From assembly GCA_963675595.2 (NCBI GenBank), contig CAXXLZ010000001.1, positions 224,001 to 288,000 of the forward strand: a stretch of DNA of 64,000 nucleotides. Reading direction: 5' to 3'. The notes below the pieces were generated by a model. That model searched no databases, was not told where the DNA came from, and saw only the letters and a list, made by a program, of their open reading frames with translations. Shown here piece by piece: positions 39,669 to 49,765 of this stretch. The stretch's first letter is position 1; every line of letters starts with the position of its first letter. Source of the DNA: Thermodesulfobacteriota bacterium. GTDB lineage: Bacteria; Desulfobacterota; Desulfarculia; JACQYL01. The position numbers and the translations under genes are program-made.

Positions 39669-41531
39669 CTATGTTGTTGGAAGCGCTTTGAGGGTCGGCG
39701 CCGAGCCCCGTGTCCCGGCGGCTGCTTCTCCCCCGACTATAGCGGCCAAATCATCTACGAACTCCTTAAGCTGCTCGGCCTGCGCGTTCATTTCCTCCGA
39801 TGCGCCGGCCGATTCTTCGGCGTGGGCCGCATTCTGCTGGACCACCTTGTCTATCTCGGCCACGGCCGTGTTGATCCGTTCGATCCCTATGGCTTGTTCA
39901 TCCGAAGCCGAAGCGATTTCTCCGACCATGCTTCCCATCTTACCGGTTTTTTCCGTTACTTCGGTGAAGACCTCACCGGTTTTTCCCACGAGCTCGGCTC
40001 CCGCTTTGACTTTTGTCACCGTGTCCTCGATGAGATTCGCCGTGTTTCCCGCCGCTTGGGCGGCGCGCATGGCCAGATTTCGGACTTCCTCCGCCACCAC
40101 GGCGAAGCCCGCACCGGCCTCACCGGCCCGGGCCGCCTCGACTGCGGCGTTCAGCGCCAGGAGATTCGTCTGAAAGGCGATCTCGTCGATGGTCTTGACG
40201 ATTTTGGAGGTCTCTTCGCTCGCCTGGGAGATTCCATCCATGGACGCCCTCAGTTCGTCCATGGCTTTGTCCGCTTCCGCGACGACCCGGTTGACTTCCC
40301 TCATGAGGCTGTCGCCTTCCCTGGCATGTTGCGCATTTTGTTTGATCATGGCCGACATCTCCTCCAAGGAGGAGGAGGTTTCTTCTATGGACGCGGCCTG
40401 CTCGGAGGCGCCTTCGGCCAGAGAATGGCTCGTTGAGGAGACTTGGCCCGAGGCCGAGCTCACCTGTGTGCCGCATTCGTTCAAACCTTCAACAATACGT
40501 TTAATGGGTCGAGTGATGCCTCGCGTGATGAGGTATGCCAGCAGAATTCCCAAAACGAGACCGATGAGGGTGAAGACCAGCGCCGTATAAGCCGCCTTTC
40601 GCTGGGCCGAATAGGCGGCGGACATTTTCGATGCTTTGGCCGGGTCGATGACCAGCTCCATGGCCTGTTCCAAATCTGAGTTTAGGGTCGTGGAGGAATC
40701 CAGCACCGTTTGCCCAAATGCCTCCATTTTGGAGACTTCGTTACGAAATTCGCCTCCCAAGTCCAGGTAGGATTTCAGGTAATCCGCTATTCGGCCGGCC
40801 GCTTCCTCCATTTCAGGCTCTCCAGCCAGGACGCCTTTCCACTCGGCCAAGCCGGCGGCGGCGGCTTTCCAAGAATCGGAGAACAGGTCCCAGTGCTCCT
40901 TTGTGGGATGGGCGGCGTAATCATGGGCGGCGGTCTGGAGCTTCAGCACATTGGCGATTACCGCCTCGTTCATGATCATATCGATTTCACCCCACTTGAC
41001 GATTACGGGGATATTCTCAGACTGCTCCGCCCTCGCCTTGGTGGGATCGATCACTTGTTCCATGACGCCTTCCAGATACCCGACGATCTCCTCGATGAGT
41101 TTGTCCCAATCCTTTTCAATTCCGGCGGTTTTTCCCAGTGAATCGATCAATCCCGAAATCGCGGTATGCGTCACGGCCAGTTGCTCTTTCGTACGCAGGG
41201 CGACTTCCTCCAGCTCCGGGTTTCCTTTCACCAGGTCGTGCCACTGCCGCACGCCCGAATCAGCCTCTTCCCATGCACGTGTTAAAGATTCACGATTTTC
41301 GTCTGTGGGGTCGAAACGAAACGCATCCAGCGCATTGATCAGTCTGAGCGTATTCTGGCTCATTGCTTCGTTCATGACCATGTCGATGTCGGCCCATAAG
41401 GCGTAATCCTCCAGGTGAGATCGGACTCCGGCGACGCCTCGCCATCCCTGGAACCCAAGAAAGGCTGCAATAATGATAATAATCCCGAAGCCAAACACGA
41501 TCTTGGTACTGAGCTTCATCTTTCCAAACAT
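39669..41531 (-). CDS. Methyl-accepting chemotaxis protein
   Basis: Two TM helices, large periplasmic domain, [34 protein letters not shown]. Confidence 0.96.
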   Translation of the reverse strand: MFGKMKLSTKIVFGFGIIIIIAAFLGFQGWRGVAGVRSHLEDYALWADIDMVMNEAMSQNTLRLINALDAFRFDPTDENRESLTRAWEEADSGVRQWHDLVKGNPELEEVALRTKEQLAVTHTAISGLIDSLGKTAGIEKDWDKLIEEIVGYLEGVMEQVIDPTKARAEQSENIPVIVKWGEIDMIMNEAVIANVLKLQTAAHDYAAHPTKEHWDLFSDSWKAAAAGLAEWKGVLAGEPEMEEAAGRIADYLKSYLDLGGEFRNEVSKMEAFGQTVLDSSTTLNSDLEQAMELVIDPAKASKMSAAYSAQRKAAYTALVFTLIGLVLGILLAYLITRGITRPIKRIVEGLNECGTQVSSASGQVSSTSHSLAEGASEQAASIEETSSSLEEMSAMIKQNAQHAREGDSLMREVNRVVAEADKAMDELRASMDGISQASEETSKIVKTIDEIAFQTNLLALNAAVEAARAGEAGAGFAVVAEEVRNLAMRAAQAAGNTANLIEDTVTKVKAGAELVGKTGEVFTEVTEKTGKMGSMVGEIASASDEQAIGIERINTAVAEIDKVVQQNAAHAEESAGASEEMNAQAEQLKEFVDDLAAIVGGEAAAGTRGSAPTLKALPTT

Positions 41532-41966
41532 TTTTCCGCCCCTCGGTTTGAAACCGTATTCATCAAATGCGAATGGACCAACGGTATGGATTGGCGGGCC
41601 GACTCGATGCTTTCATCGGCGCGCCGGCATGGTGGTTGCGGATGCACGAAAAGAAGGGTAGCCGCTGTTCCGCATGAGAGATTCCGTCTCACAATTATGA
41701 ACTCTCTTCCGACGGCTGAAGCCTTTAGATAACCATATTAAATGATTCCGCCCGTATTTCCCAGGATGAAATTTTATACGCTATATGGATGAAATTTGGT
41801 CCATATACGTTCCATTTACTCATCTCTTCTTGGGCTGACTCCATTTTCCGGCGGAGAAAGGGGCAAGCCTCCAAGGGATAATCTTCGGTATTGCCGTGTC
41901 GGAAGGTGTGGATATCCATTGACGAGTTTCCGAGGAGAGTCGGCGTCGGTTTCCGGGGAAGCCTCG

Positions 41967-42755
41967 TTACCGCGAGAGGTTGGTCTTCTCCGCTGAAAAG
42001 GCCCAATCCCAGACTTCCTCCGCTTTGGGAAACCAGCCCCACCCGTGACGGCGGACGGCTTCCCAGGGGTAATATACCTTCTCCAATCGAATACGTTCGA
42101 AGCCGTTTTGGATCAGTTGTCGTCGGATTTCCTCCGGCCGGTAAACCTTCTGAAGAAGGAGGCCGTCCGGATCGTCCGCGTAAAGCCCGGCCACAGCGTC
42201 GAATCTGTGTTTTCGAACGTAATGGCCTTCGGTGGTTTCGTGCGCCTTGTCCTCGGACATGCCTTGATTCACCAAATCCTGAATGGATAGTTTCATCAGG
42301 TATTCGATGGTATCGGCGGAGGGAAGAACACCCATGAGACGTCCGCCCACGGCAACGGCGGCGGCTGTTTGGGCGAGCATCCGCCGGGCTTCCTCCGGCG
42401 AGGGCGGCACGATCGAGTTGACTGTAAGGCCCAAATCCACCCTCCCACACCATTGGGATAGGTCTCGTAGGTCTCCGGTCTCAAACAGGCAATAAGGGTG
42501 CAGCTCTCTTGCTTTTTTGAGCATTCCGCTACAGTTATCGAGGCCGATCACGGTCGCACGGGGAAATAACTCGCTCAGATGTTCGACGAGGTGTCCATGT
42601 CCGCAACCGAAATCGATGCACAGGTCGACCCGGGATGTTTCGACTTCCCTTAGAAAATCGTAAAAAGGATTAACAACCCCGGGAATCCATACGTTAAGCA
42701 TGCGATCAGTGTAGTTTTCCGCAAAATCGTCCCAAATCGTTTCCGTGACGCCCAC
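41967..42755 (-). CDS. Class I SAM-dependent methyltransferase
   Basis: IDFGCGHG motif I, GLDNCSGML and GDLRDL; GTG start with GGAGG RBS. Confidence 0.85.
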   Translation of the reverse strand: MGVTETIWDDFAENYTDRMLNVWIPGVVNPFYDFLREVETSRVDLCIDFGCGHGHLVEHLSELFPRATVIGLDNCSGMLKKARELHPYCLFETGDLRDLSQWCGRVDLGLTVNSIVPPSPEEARRMLAQTAAAVAVGGRLMGVLPSADTIEYLMKLSIQDLVNQGMSEDKAHETTEGHYVRKHRFDAVAGLYADDPDGLLLQKVYRPEEIRRQLIQNGFERIRLEKVYYPWEAVRRHGWGWFPKAEEVWDWAFSAEKTNLSR

Positions 42756-43176
42756 CTCCGTCGATCTTCATCGGATACCGCCGAACCGTTACATCATTAC
42801 AGAAAAAGAGCTATGATATACCGGTTTCGGCCCTTCGGAAAGACTTCCGGCGCGCTCAAAGTCGTGGAATACGCCTGTGGATCTTCGGGAAGTGCTTGGA
42901 GAACACGGAGTACGTCATTGAGAGCGAAAGTTCCGGCTTTCGTCAAACCTTCGGGAAACCGATCGCGAAACCGGGATGGTTGCGATACTATCTGCAGACC
43001 GTGGCCGACGAAGCGACCATGGCATTTCCCCGCTCTTCGTTCATTAAGGGATTGCCGAGGATTTCGCCATACGTGGGCGATTGCCGAGCCGCACCGCTTC
43101 CTTGGAGACACAGCAAAGGGAGCGGAGAGAGAAGGCTCTTGAAACGATATCGGTGTGAATGGAGGTAATTTCTCGG

Positions 43177-45732
43177 ATGAACAGGAGAGTGATCCGCATC
43201 CTCGGACCCTTGTTCGGTCTTCTGCTTTTCTCAACGGCTCTCTGGGTTCTCCATCACCAGCTCAAGGCGTTTCACGTTCACAACATTGTTCACAGCCTGC
43301 ACGCCCTGTCCGGCCGGTCCCTCTTTTTCTCCGTTTCGTTGACCATCGTCGGCTACCTGATTATGACCGGGTACGACACCCTCGCTTTGCGCTACATACG
43401 TCACTCCCTTTCCTATTCGAAAATCGCTTTGGCCTCGTTCATCGGTTACGCATTCAGTAACAACATCGGCCTTTCGATGATTGCCGGAGCCTCCGTGCGT
43501 TATCGCCTTTACTCCTCATGGGGGTTGACGGCTCTTGAAATCACTCGAATTGTGGCTTTTTGTACGGTGACTTTGTGGCTTGGGTTCTTCGCCGTGGAGG
43601 CCATAGTCTTTCTTGCGGATCCCCCCGCACTTTCCGCCGCCCTTCGGCTGCCCTTCACCTCGGTTCGTTTATTCGGGATGTTTTGCACGGCGCTGGTGCT
43701 CGGTGTTTTTGCGGCGAGCTTTGTGGTGAGAAGACCGTTCAAAGTGAAGGGGTGGGAGCTGTCCCTTCCGTCTCCCGGCCTTTTATTCGCCCAGGTGTGC
43801 GTTGCTTCGTTGGATTGGGCTTTGGCCGGGGCCGTATTGTATTCGCTTCTGCCTTCGATTTCCGGCTTCACCTACGCGCAATTTATCGGGTTGTTTCTCC
43901 TGGCGCAGCTCATGGGACTTCTGAGTCAGGTCCCAGGTGGCCTCGGTGTTTTCGATACGGCAATGGTCATGCTTCTTTCCCCGCATCTTCCCGCGTCGGA
44001 GACCGTGGGGTCCCTGCTGGCCTATCGGGTGATCTACTACATCATCCCTTTGCTGTGGGCGACTCTCCTGTTGGGGGTCCATGAAATCCTGCAGAAGAAG
44101 GAGTCGATCCGCAAAGCCGTTCATGCCATAGGACGCCGGGGTTCCGCCGTGATACCGCAGGTCATGGCCCTGAGCACGTTCGTCGGGGGTGCGGTGCTGC
44201 TTTTCTCCGGGGCCACGCCCGCGGTGGACGGCCGTCTCAGGTGGCTCAACGACGTCATTCCGCTCCCGATTCTGGAGCTTTCTCACTTCCTCGGAAGTCT
44301 TGTGGGCGGTGCCTTGCTCCTGCTGGCCAGGGGGCTTCAGCGTAGACTGGACGCCGCCTATGTGCTTACGGCGCTTCTTCTTGCCGCCGGAATCGTTCTC
44401 TCTTTGTTGAAGGGATTGGACTACGAGGAGGCGATCGTCCTATCCGTCATGTTGTTGGGCCTACTTCCTTGCCGCCGGTATTTCTATAGGTCGGCCTCTT
44501 TGTTTCGAGTCGGCTTTTCACCGGCCTGGATCGTCGGGATTGTCGGCGTACTCCTCAGCTCCGTGTGGTTGGGCTTCTTCTGTTATAAGCATGTGGAGTA
44601 CAGCAATGATCTCTGGTGGCGTTTTACCCTCTTTGGAAATGCGTCGCGTTTTCTCAGGGCCGGTGTCGGCGTCATGGCCGTGGTCGTATTCTGGGGTACG
44701 GCCAGAATATTGAGCCCGGCACCGCCCAGGGCTTCCGGTTTCGGAGAAGAGGAACCGGGTTCGGTGAGTGAGGTGGTTCGGAATTGCTCGGACGGCTATG
44801 CTTATCTTGCCCTGCTTGGGGACAAATCATTTCTGTGGAGTGAGAGCCGTAATGCTTTCATAATGTATGGAGTCGAAGGCAGAAGCTGGGTTTCCATGGG
44901 GAATCCCGTAGGTCCGCCGGAAGAGTGGCCCGAGCTGATCTGGGAATTCCGCAGAATGGTCGATCGATTCGCGGGGTGGGCTGCCTTTTACGAAGTGAGC
45001 ACCGAAAGGCTCCACTTGTACTTGGACGTGGGGTTGTCCCTCATCAAATTGGGAGAAGAAGCCCGAGTCTCTCTGGAAGGCTTTTCACTGGAGGGAAGCG
45101 CGCGCAAGGGCTTGCGATACGCGGTCCACAAGGTGGAAAGAGAAGGGTGCGTCTTTGAGATTGTCTCTGAAGAGGACGTTGCCTCCATACTTCCTGAACT
45201 CGAGGGAGTTTCCAGTGCCTGGTTAATGGAAAAGAACACCGGAGAGAAGGGATTCTCACTCGGTTTCTTCAACCCGGAGTATTTGAAGCAACTTCCCGTG
45301 GCCGTTGTCCGCCAAGACGGGAAGATAACGGCGTTCGCCAACGTCTGGCCCGGAGGAACGAAGGAGGAGCTGTCCGTTGATCTGATGCGCTACACGCCCG
45401 AAGCTCCCCGTGGAGTGATGGATTATCTGTTCTCTCATCTCATGTTGTGGGGAAAAGCCGAAGGCTACCAATGGTTCAATCTGGGCATGGCGCCCTTGTC
45501 CGGTCTGATTGAAAACGGCCCGGCTCCCTTTTGGAGCCGTGTTGGAGCATACGTATTTCGACACGGGGAGCACTTCTACAATTTTCAGGGCCTACGGCAG
45601 TACAAAGAGAAGTTCGATCCCGTTTGGAGGCCGAAATATCTGGCCTGCCCGGGCGGACCGGCGGTCCCGAGAATTCTGATCAACATTGCGGCCCTCGTTT
45701 CCGGGGGATTGAAGGAGGTTGTCGCCAAATAA
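43177..45732 (+). CDS. mprF: Bifunctional aminoacyl-phosphatidylglycerol flippase/synthetase MprF
   Basis: N-terminal flippase (GYD, RYRLYS, VPGGLGVF, YRVIYY) and C-terminal synthetase (GDK, EKGFSLG, DLMR, LGMAPLSG, YNFQGLRQYKEKF). Confidence 0.95.
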   Translation: MNRRVIRILGPLFGLLLFSTALWVLHHQLKAFHVHNIVHSLHALSGRSLFFSVSLTIVGYLIMTGYDTLALRYIRHSLSYSKIALASFIGYAFSNNIGLSMIAGASVRYRLYSSWGLTALEITRIVAFCTVTLWLGFFAVEAIVFLADPPALSAALRLPFTSVRLFGMFCTALVLGVFAASFVVRRPFKVKGWELSLPSPGLLFAQVCVASLDWALAGAVLYSLLPSISGFTYAQFIGLFLLAQLMGLLSQVPGGLGVFDTAMVMLLSPHLPASETVGSLLAYRVIYYIIPLLWATLLLGVHEILQKKESIRKAVHAIGRRGSAVIPQVMALSTFVGGAVLLFSGATPAVDGRLRWLNDVIPLPILELSHFLGSLVGGALLLLARGLQRRLDAAYVLTALLLAAGIVLSLLKGLDYEEAIVLSVMLLGLLPCRRYFYRSASLFRVGFSPAWIVGIVGVLLSSVWLGFFCYKHVEYSNDLWWRFTLFGNASRFLRAGVGVMAVVVFWGTARILSPAPPRASGFGEEEPGSVSEVVRNCSDGYAYLALLGDKSFLWSESRNAFIMYGVEGRSWVSMGNPVGPPEEWPELIWEFRRMVDRFAGWAAFYEVSTERLHLYLDVGLSLIKLGEEARVSLEGFSLEGSARKGLRYAVHKVEREGCVFEIVSEEDVASILPELEGVSSAWLMEKNTGEKGFSLGFFNPEYLKQLPVAVVRQDGKITAFANVWPGGTKEELSVDLMRYTPEAPRGVMDYLFSHLMLWGKAEGYQWFNLGMAPLSGLIENGPAPFWSRVGAYVFRHGEHFYNFQGLRQYKEKFDPVWRPKYLACPGGPAVPRILINIAALVSGGLKEVVAK

Positions 45733-45830
45733 AGGTCGCTCCGTTCTTACGAATCCACGCCGCCCGATACCGGAAAGCGGTGTTTCCATGAAAGCTTCCT
45801 TAAAGCGAAGTCTTTGAATAAGGAGTGAGA

Positions 45831-48353
45831 ATGACCATTCCCTACTATTACCTGATTCCCCCTCTTCCGGAAGGGATGGAAGGATTGGCCGAGGTTGCGT
45901 TGGACCTCCGGTGGTCTTGGAGTCACGAGACGGACCTGCTCTGGGAGCGTATCGACTCCGAGCTGTGGGAGCTTACCCGGAACCCATGGCTTATTCTGCA
46001 ATCCGTTTCCTATGCTCGTCTCGAAACCCTGGCCGCGGACCCGGTTTTTCGAGATCAGCTGAACACATGTCTTGAAGGACACCACAAATACTCGGGAGAA
46101 GAAAGTTGGTATTCCCGGAGTCGTCTCCCGTCGCAGTTGAGTGTGGCCTATTTCAGCATGGAATTCGGTTTGAGCGAGGCTTTGCCCATCTATTCCGGAG
46201 GGTTGGGAATTCTGGCGGGAGACCACCTGAAGGCATCGAGTGATCTGGGCGTGCCCATTGTGGGGATCGGCCTGCTCTACCAGCAGGGCTACTTTCGACA
46301 GGTCATTGATGCCGCCGGGGCTCAGGTGGAATTCAACCCTTACAATGATCCGGCCCAACTTCCGATCCTCCCGGTGCGTGATTCCGACGGAGAATGGGTG
46401 CGAATCGTGCTTCCTTTCCCGGGGCGCCACGTCGTGCTTCGCGCATGGGTGGCCAAAGTCGGGCGCGTAAAGCTTTATCTTCTCGACAGCAACGACCCCA
46501 CCAACAGCCCCTCGGATCAGTGCATAACCACGGAACTCTACGGCGGCGGGCCGGAACTTCGACTTCAACAGGAAATCGCTTTGGGCATTGGCGGTTGGCA
46601 GCTGTTGCGGACCCTCGGGATCCATGCCGGGGTGTGCCATCTGAACGAGGGCCACGCCGCACTGAGCGTCCTTGAAAGAGCTCGCTCCTTCATGGACGAT
46701 GCGGGCCGGCCTTTTGGCGTGGCGTTGACCGCGACGAGGGCCGGGAACGTCTTTACCTCCCACACTCCGGTGGACGCCGGTTTCGATCGGTTCCCTCCCA
46801 ATCTGATTGGAAAGTATCTGGGTGTCTATGCCGACGAACTGGGAATAGGGTTGGACGGTCTCCTCTCTTTGGGGCGAGTCGACCCGGAAAATTCCGCGGA
46901 ACCCTTCAACATGGCCTACCTCGCCTTCCGAGGTTCGGGAAGCGTGAACGGGGTCAGCAAACTGCACGGAACCGTGAGCCGACGAATTTTTCAAAATCTC
47001 TTCCCTCGATGGCCCCAGTCCGAAATTCCGGTTACACACGTTACGAACGGCGTCCATACGCCGTCGTGGGAATCGGCCGGCGCGGATGAACTCTGGCACG
47101 AGGCGTGCGGCAGGGACCGTTGGAAGGGGACCATGAGCAAGATGGAGGACGACCTTAGGCGGGTTCCGGACGAGACGCTCTGGGCGTTTCGTAATGAAGC
47201 TCGTCGTGGGCTCGTGGCGTATGCGGGGAAGCGGCTCACTCGGCAGCTGGAGGCCGCCGGCGCTTCCGGGAAAGAGACGGCGGAATCGGTGAAGGGGCTC
47301 GATCCCGGCATATTCACCATGGGGTTCGCTCGACGATTCGCCCCCTACAAAAGACCTGATCTGTTGCTGCACGATCCGGATCGTTTGGCCCGTCTACTCG
47401 GGAACGACCGACGGCCCGCTCAACTTATCATCGCCGGAAAAGCCCACCCTAAAGATGCGTTCGGTAAGGCACTGATTCAGGCATGGTCGGACTATATCCG
47501 GCGACCGGACGTAGGCGGAAGAGTGGTTTTTCTGTCGGATTACGATATGTCGTTGGCGGAGCGTCTTGTACAGGGCGTCGATCTTTGGATCAACACGCCG
47601 CGCAGGCCGTGGGAGGCCAGCGGCACGAGCGGAATGAAGGTTTTGGTCAACGGCGGTCTCAACCTTTCGGAACTGGACGGGTGGTGGGCGGAGGCTTACG
47701 GAGCGGAGGTCGGATGGGCCCTGGGCGACGGCCTTGAGCATGATGAAGATCGGGAGTGGGACGCCAGGGAAGCGGAAGACCTCTACCGTATTTTAGAGGA
47801 GGAAGTGATCCCCGCATTCTATGATCGGGATGCAGGCGGGATTCCCAAGCGTTGGACGGCGCGTATGCGGGCCAGTATGGCGGTACTCACGCCGCGATTC
47901 AGCGCCAATCGCATGGTTCGGGAATATGTGGAACGGCTGTACATACCGGCGGACTCCGCTTGGCGCAATCGGATCGCGGACGGCGCGCGCACGGCGCTCC
48001 AGATGGTACGATGGCTGGACGCACTGGAGAAGAACCGGCGTCAAGTGAAGTTCGGCGACCTTCGGATCGAGGAACAGGATGGGCATTTTGCCTTCACGGT
48101 GCCCGTGGATCTGGGAGAGTTGGAGCCGGAGGCGGTCCGGGTTCAGCTCTACGCGGATGCCCGAGAGGGGGAAGAACCGGCGGTCCACACCATGCTTCAG
48201 GGGGATGCGGTCCCGGACGCCCCCGGAGGTTATGTCTACACTGCGCGGATTCCCGCAACCCGGCCGGCGGAGGACTATACGCCGCGCATCATTCCGGCCT
48301 TTGACGGTGCTTCTGTCCCTATCGAAGCCGATTGGATTCAGTGGTACCGGTGA
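45831..48353 (+). CDS. glgP: Alpha-glucan (glycogen) phosphorylase
   Basis: AYFSMEFG, YSGGLGILAGD, HLNEGH, FARRFAPYKR, AGKAHP and PLP-Lys motif EASGTSGMK. Confidence 0.96.
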   Translation: MTIPYYYLIPPLPEGMEGLAEVALDLRWSWSHETDLLWERIDSELWELTRNPWLILQSVSYARLETLAADPVFRDQLNTCLEGHHKYSGEESWYSRSRLPSQLSVAYFSMEFGLSEALPIYSGGLGILAGDHLKASSDLGVPIVGIGLLYQQGYFRQVIDAAGAQVEFNPYNDPAQLPILPVRDSDGEWVRIVLPFPGRHVVLRAWVAKVGRVKLYLLDSNDPTNSPSDQCITTELYGGGPELRLQQEIALGIGGWQLLRTLGIHAGVCHLNEGHAALSVLERARSFMDDAGRPFGVALTATRAGNVFTSHTPVDAGFDRFPPNLIGKYLGVYADELGIGLDGLLSLGRVDPENSAEPFNMAYLAFRGSGSVNGVSKLHGTVSRRIFQNLFPRWPQSEIPVTHVTNGVHTPSWESAGADELWHEACGRDRWKGTMSKMEDDLRRVPDETLWAFRNEARRGLVAYAGKRLTRQLEAAGASGKETAESVKGLDPGIFTMGFARRFAPYKRPDLLLHDPDRLARLLGNDRRPAQLIIAGKAHPKDAFGKALIQAWSDYIRRPDVGGRVVFLSDYDMSLAERLVQGVDLWINTPRRPWEASGTSGMKVLVNGGLNLSELDGWWAEAYGAEVGWALGDGLEHDEDREWDAREAEDLYRILEEEVIPAFYDRDAGGIPKRWTARMRASMAVLTPRFSANRMVREYVERLYIPADSAWRNRIADGARTALQMVRWLDALEKNRRQVKFGDLRIEEQDGHFAFTVPVDLGELEPEAVRVQLYADAREGEEPAVHTMLQGDAVPDAPGGYVYTARIPATRPAEDYTPRIIPAFDGASVPIEADWIQWYR

Positions 48354-48583
48354 GTGATTTCAGGCTCCGTTAAGAAAGTCCGGTGCGAACGAGATAAGCG
48401 GGCGGCGAGTGAGGTACGCAGGAGAGGGAGCCGTCTCCGACAACAACAATGAGCGTCTGACTTTGATTGTCCAATCAACGCTCGGTGATATGTGCCGACC
48501 AATCGATCTGATTGCTCCGCCGACGAACTGCGGCAACGAGCTTCCAGTCGACTTAGGAGCGACCGAAAGAGGAGGAAATCCAC

Positions 48584-49558
48584 ATGGCTTCGTCCGGTGG
48601 TAGAGTCGTCGATACGATTCCAGGGATCACCTTGGGACACGCACAGGATCTGCAGGCAGGCACGGGGTGCACGGTGATTCTCACGCCTCAAGGCGCGGTA
48701 TGCGGGGTGGATCAACGAGGCGGGGCACCGGCCACACGTGAGACGGATTTGTTACGTCCCATGCACTTGGTGGACAAGGTGCACGGAGTGCTGCTCGCAG
48801 GAGGAAGTACTTTCGGATTAGCCGCGGCGGACGGCGTGGTCCGGTGGTTGGAGGAGCGAAGCGTCGGATTCGACGTGGGAGTGGCCAAGGTCCCCATCGT
48901 TCCAGCCGCCGCCCTGTTCGATCTGGCGTTCGGTCGCGCGGACGTTCGACCCGATGCGGCCATGGGCTATGCCGCCTGTGATGCGGCCTCCGACGACCTG
49001 ACGACGGCTGGGGGAAACGTGGGTGCCGGTACGGGCGCCACCGTGGGGCATGTGCTCGGACCCCAGGGGATCATGAAGGGGGGATTGGGCTCCGCCGTGA
49101 TCGAGGTAGCGCCCGGGATGCGGATCGGCGCCGTGTTCGCCGTGAACTGCTTTGGAGACGTCGTCGATCCCAAAACGGGCAGGACGCTGGCCGGAGCGCG
49201 AAAAACTCCGGAAGGCGGTTTCGTGGACCCATTGGCGGAACTGGCGAAGAGGCCCGCCGGTTTTGCCGAGTCGGTGCGCAACACGGTCATCGGGGCCGTG
49301 TTCACCAATGCCGTTTTGTCCAAGGAGGCGGCACTCAAGGTGGCTCAGATGGCGCACAACGGCTTGGCCCGCACCATCATTCCCGCGCATACCATGTATG
49401 ACGGCGACACGATTTTTGCTTTGGCCACCGGAATGGGTGAACCTGCGGACGTCAACGTGGTCGGCGCGTACGCGGCTGAAGCGACGGCGCGAGCCGTTGT
49501 GGACGCGATCGGTCGGGCGGCTTCTCTGCACGGTGTGCCGGGTTTACCAGACCGTTGA
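48584..49558 (+). CDS. P1 family (S58/DmpA-like) peptidase
   Basis: TGCTV, RGGAPATRET, GGSTFGL, GNVGAGTGA, NTVIG and HTMYDGDTIF. Confidence 0.92.
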   Translation: MASSGGRVVDTIPGITLGHAQDLQAGTGCTVILTPQGAVCGVDQRGGAPATRETDLLRPMHLVDKVHGVLLAGGSTFGLAAADGVVRWLEERSVGFDVGVAKVPIVPAAALFDLAFGRADVRPDAAMGYAACDAASDDLTTAGGNVGAGTGATVGHVLGPQGIMKGGLGSAVIEVAPGMRIGAVFAVNCFGDVVDPKTGRTLAGARKTPEGGFVDPLAELAKRPAGFAESVRNTVIGAVFTNAVLSKEAALKVAQMAHNGLARTIIPAHTMYDGDTIFALATGMGEPADVNVVGAYAAEATARAVVDAIGRAASLHGVPGLPDR

Positions 49559-49698
49559 AAAACGCGATGTGCTGCGTTGCGCCTCATCCCTCGTCACTGC
49601 GACGTACTTCTATATACGCCTCATTTCTCAGGATTTACGCGCCTTGCATCTCATCGTTTTTCAACAATCTGCAAGAATCCGACTTTTTCAGCAGGTTG
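49548..49698. mobile_element. Small non-autonomous MITE-like repeat with terminal inverted repeats
   Basis: CAGACCGTTGAAAAACG (49548-49564) and CGTTTTTCAACAATCTG (49655-49671) match at 15/17. A second related end, GACTTTTTCAGCAGGTTG, lies at 49681-49698. No transposase. Confidence 0.65.
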
Positions 49699-49765
49699 TT
49701 ACGGGGTCCGGCCGGATGACGCCGGAGTTCTACCGCGTTCATTCACGGGAGCGGAGGAAACAGGA

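Noticed and set aside
41600-41640. Sigma-28 promoter for the MCP (minus-strand GCCGATGA)
   Set aside because: The -35 element reads GCAA rather than TAAA; support is insufficient.
42797-43168. Short overlapping ORFs between the methyltransferase and mprF
   Set aside because: No recognisable motif or clear RBS; probably spurious.
45747-47372. Long antisense ORFs (this 541-aa one, 14633-15994, 57024-58394 and others)
   Set aside because: Shadow ORFs opposite well-supported genes, as expected in GC-rich DNA.
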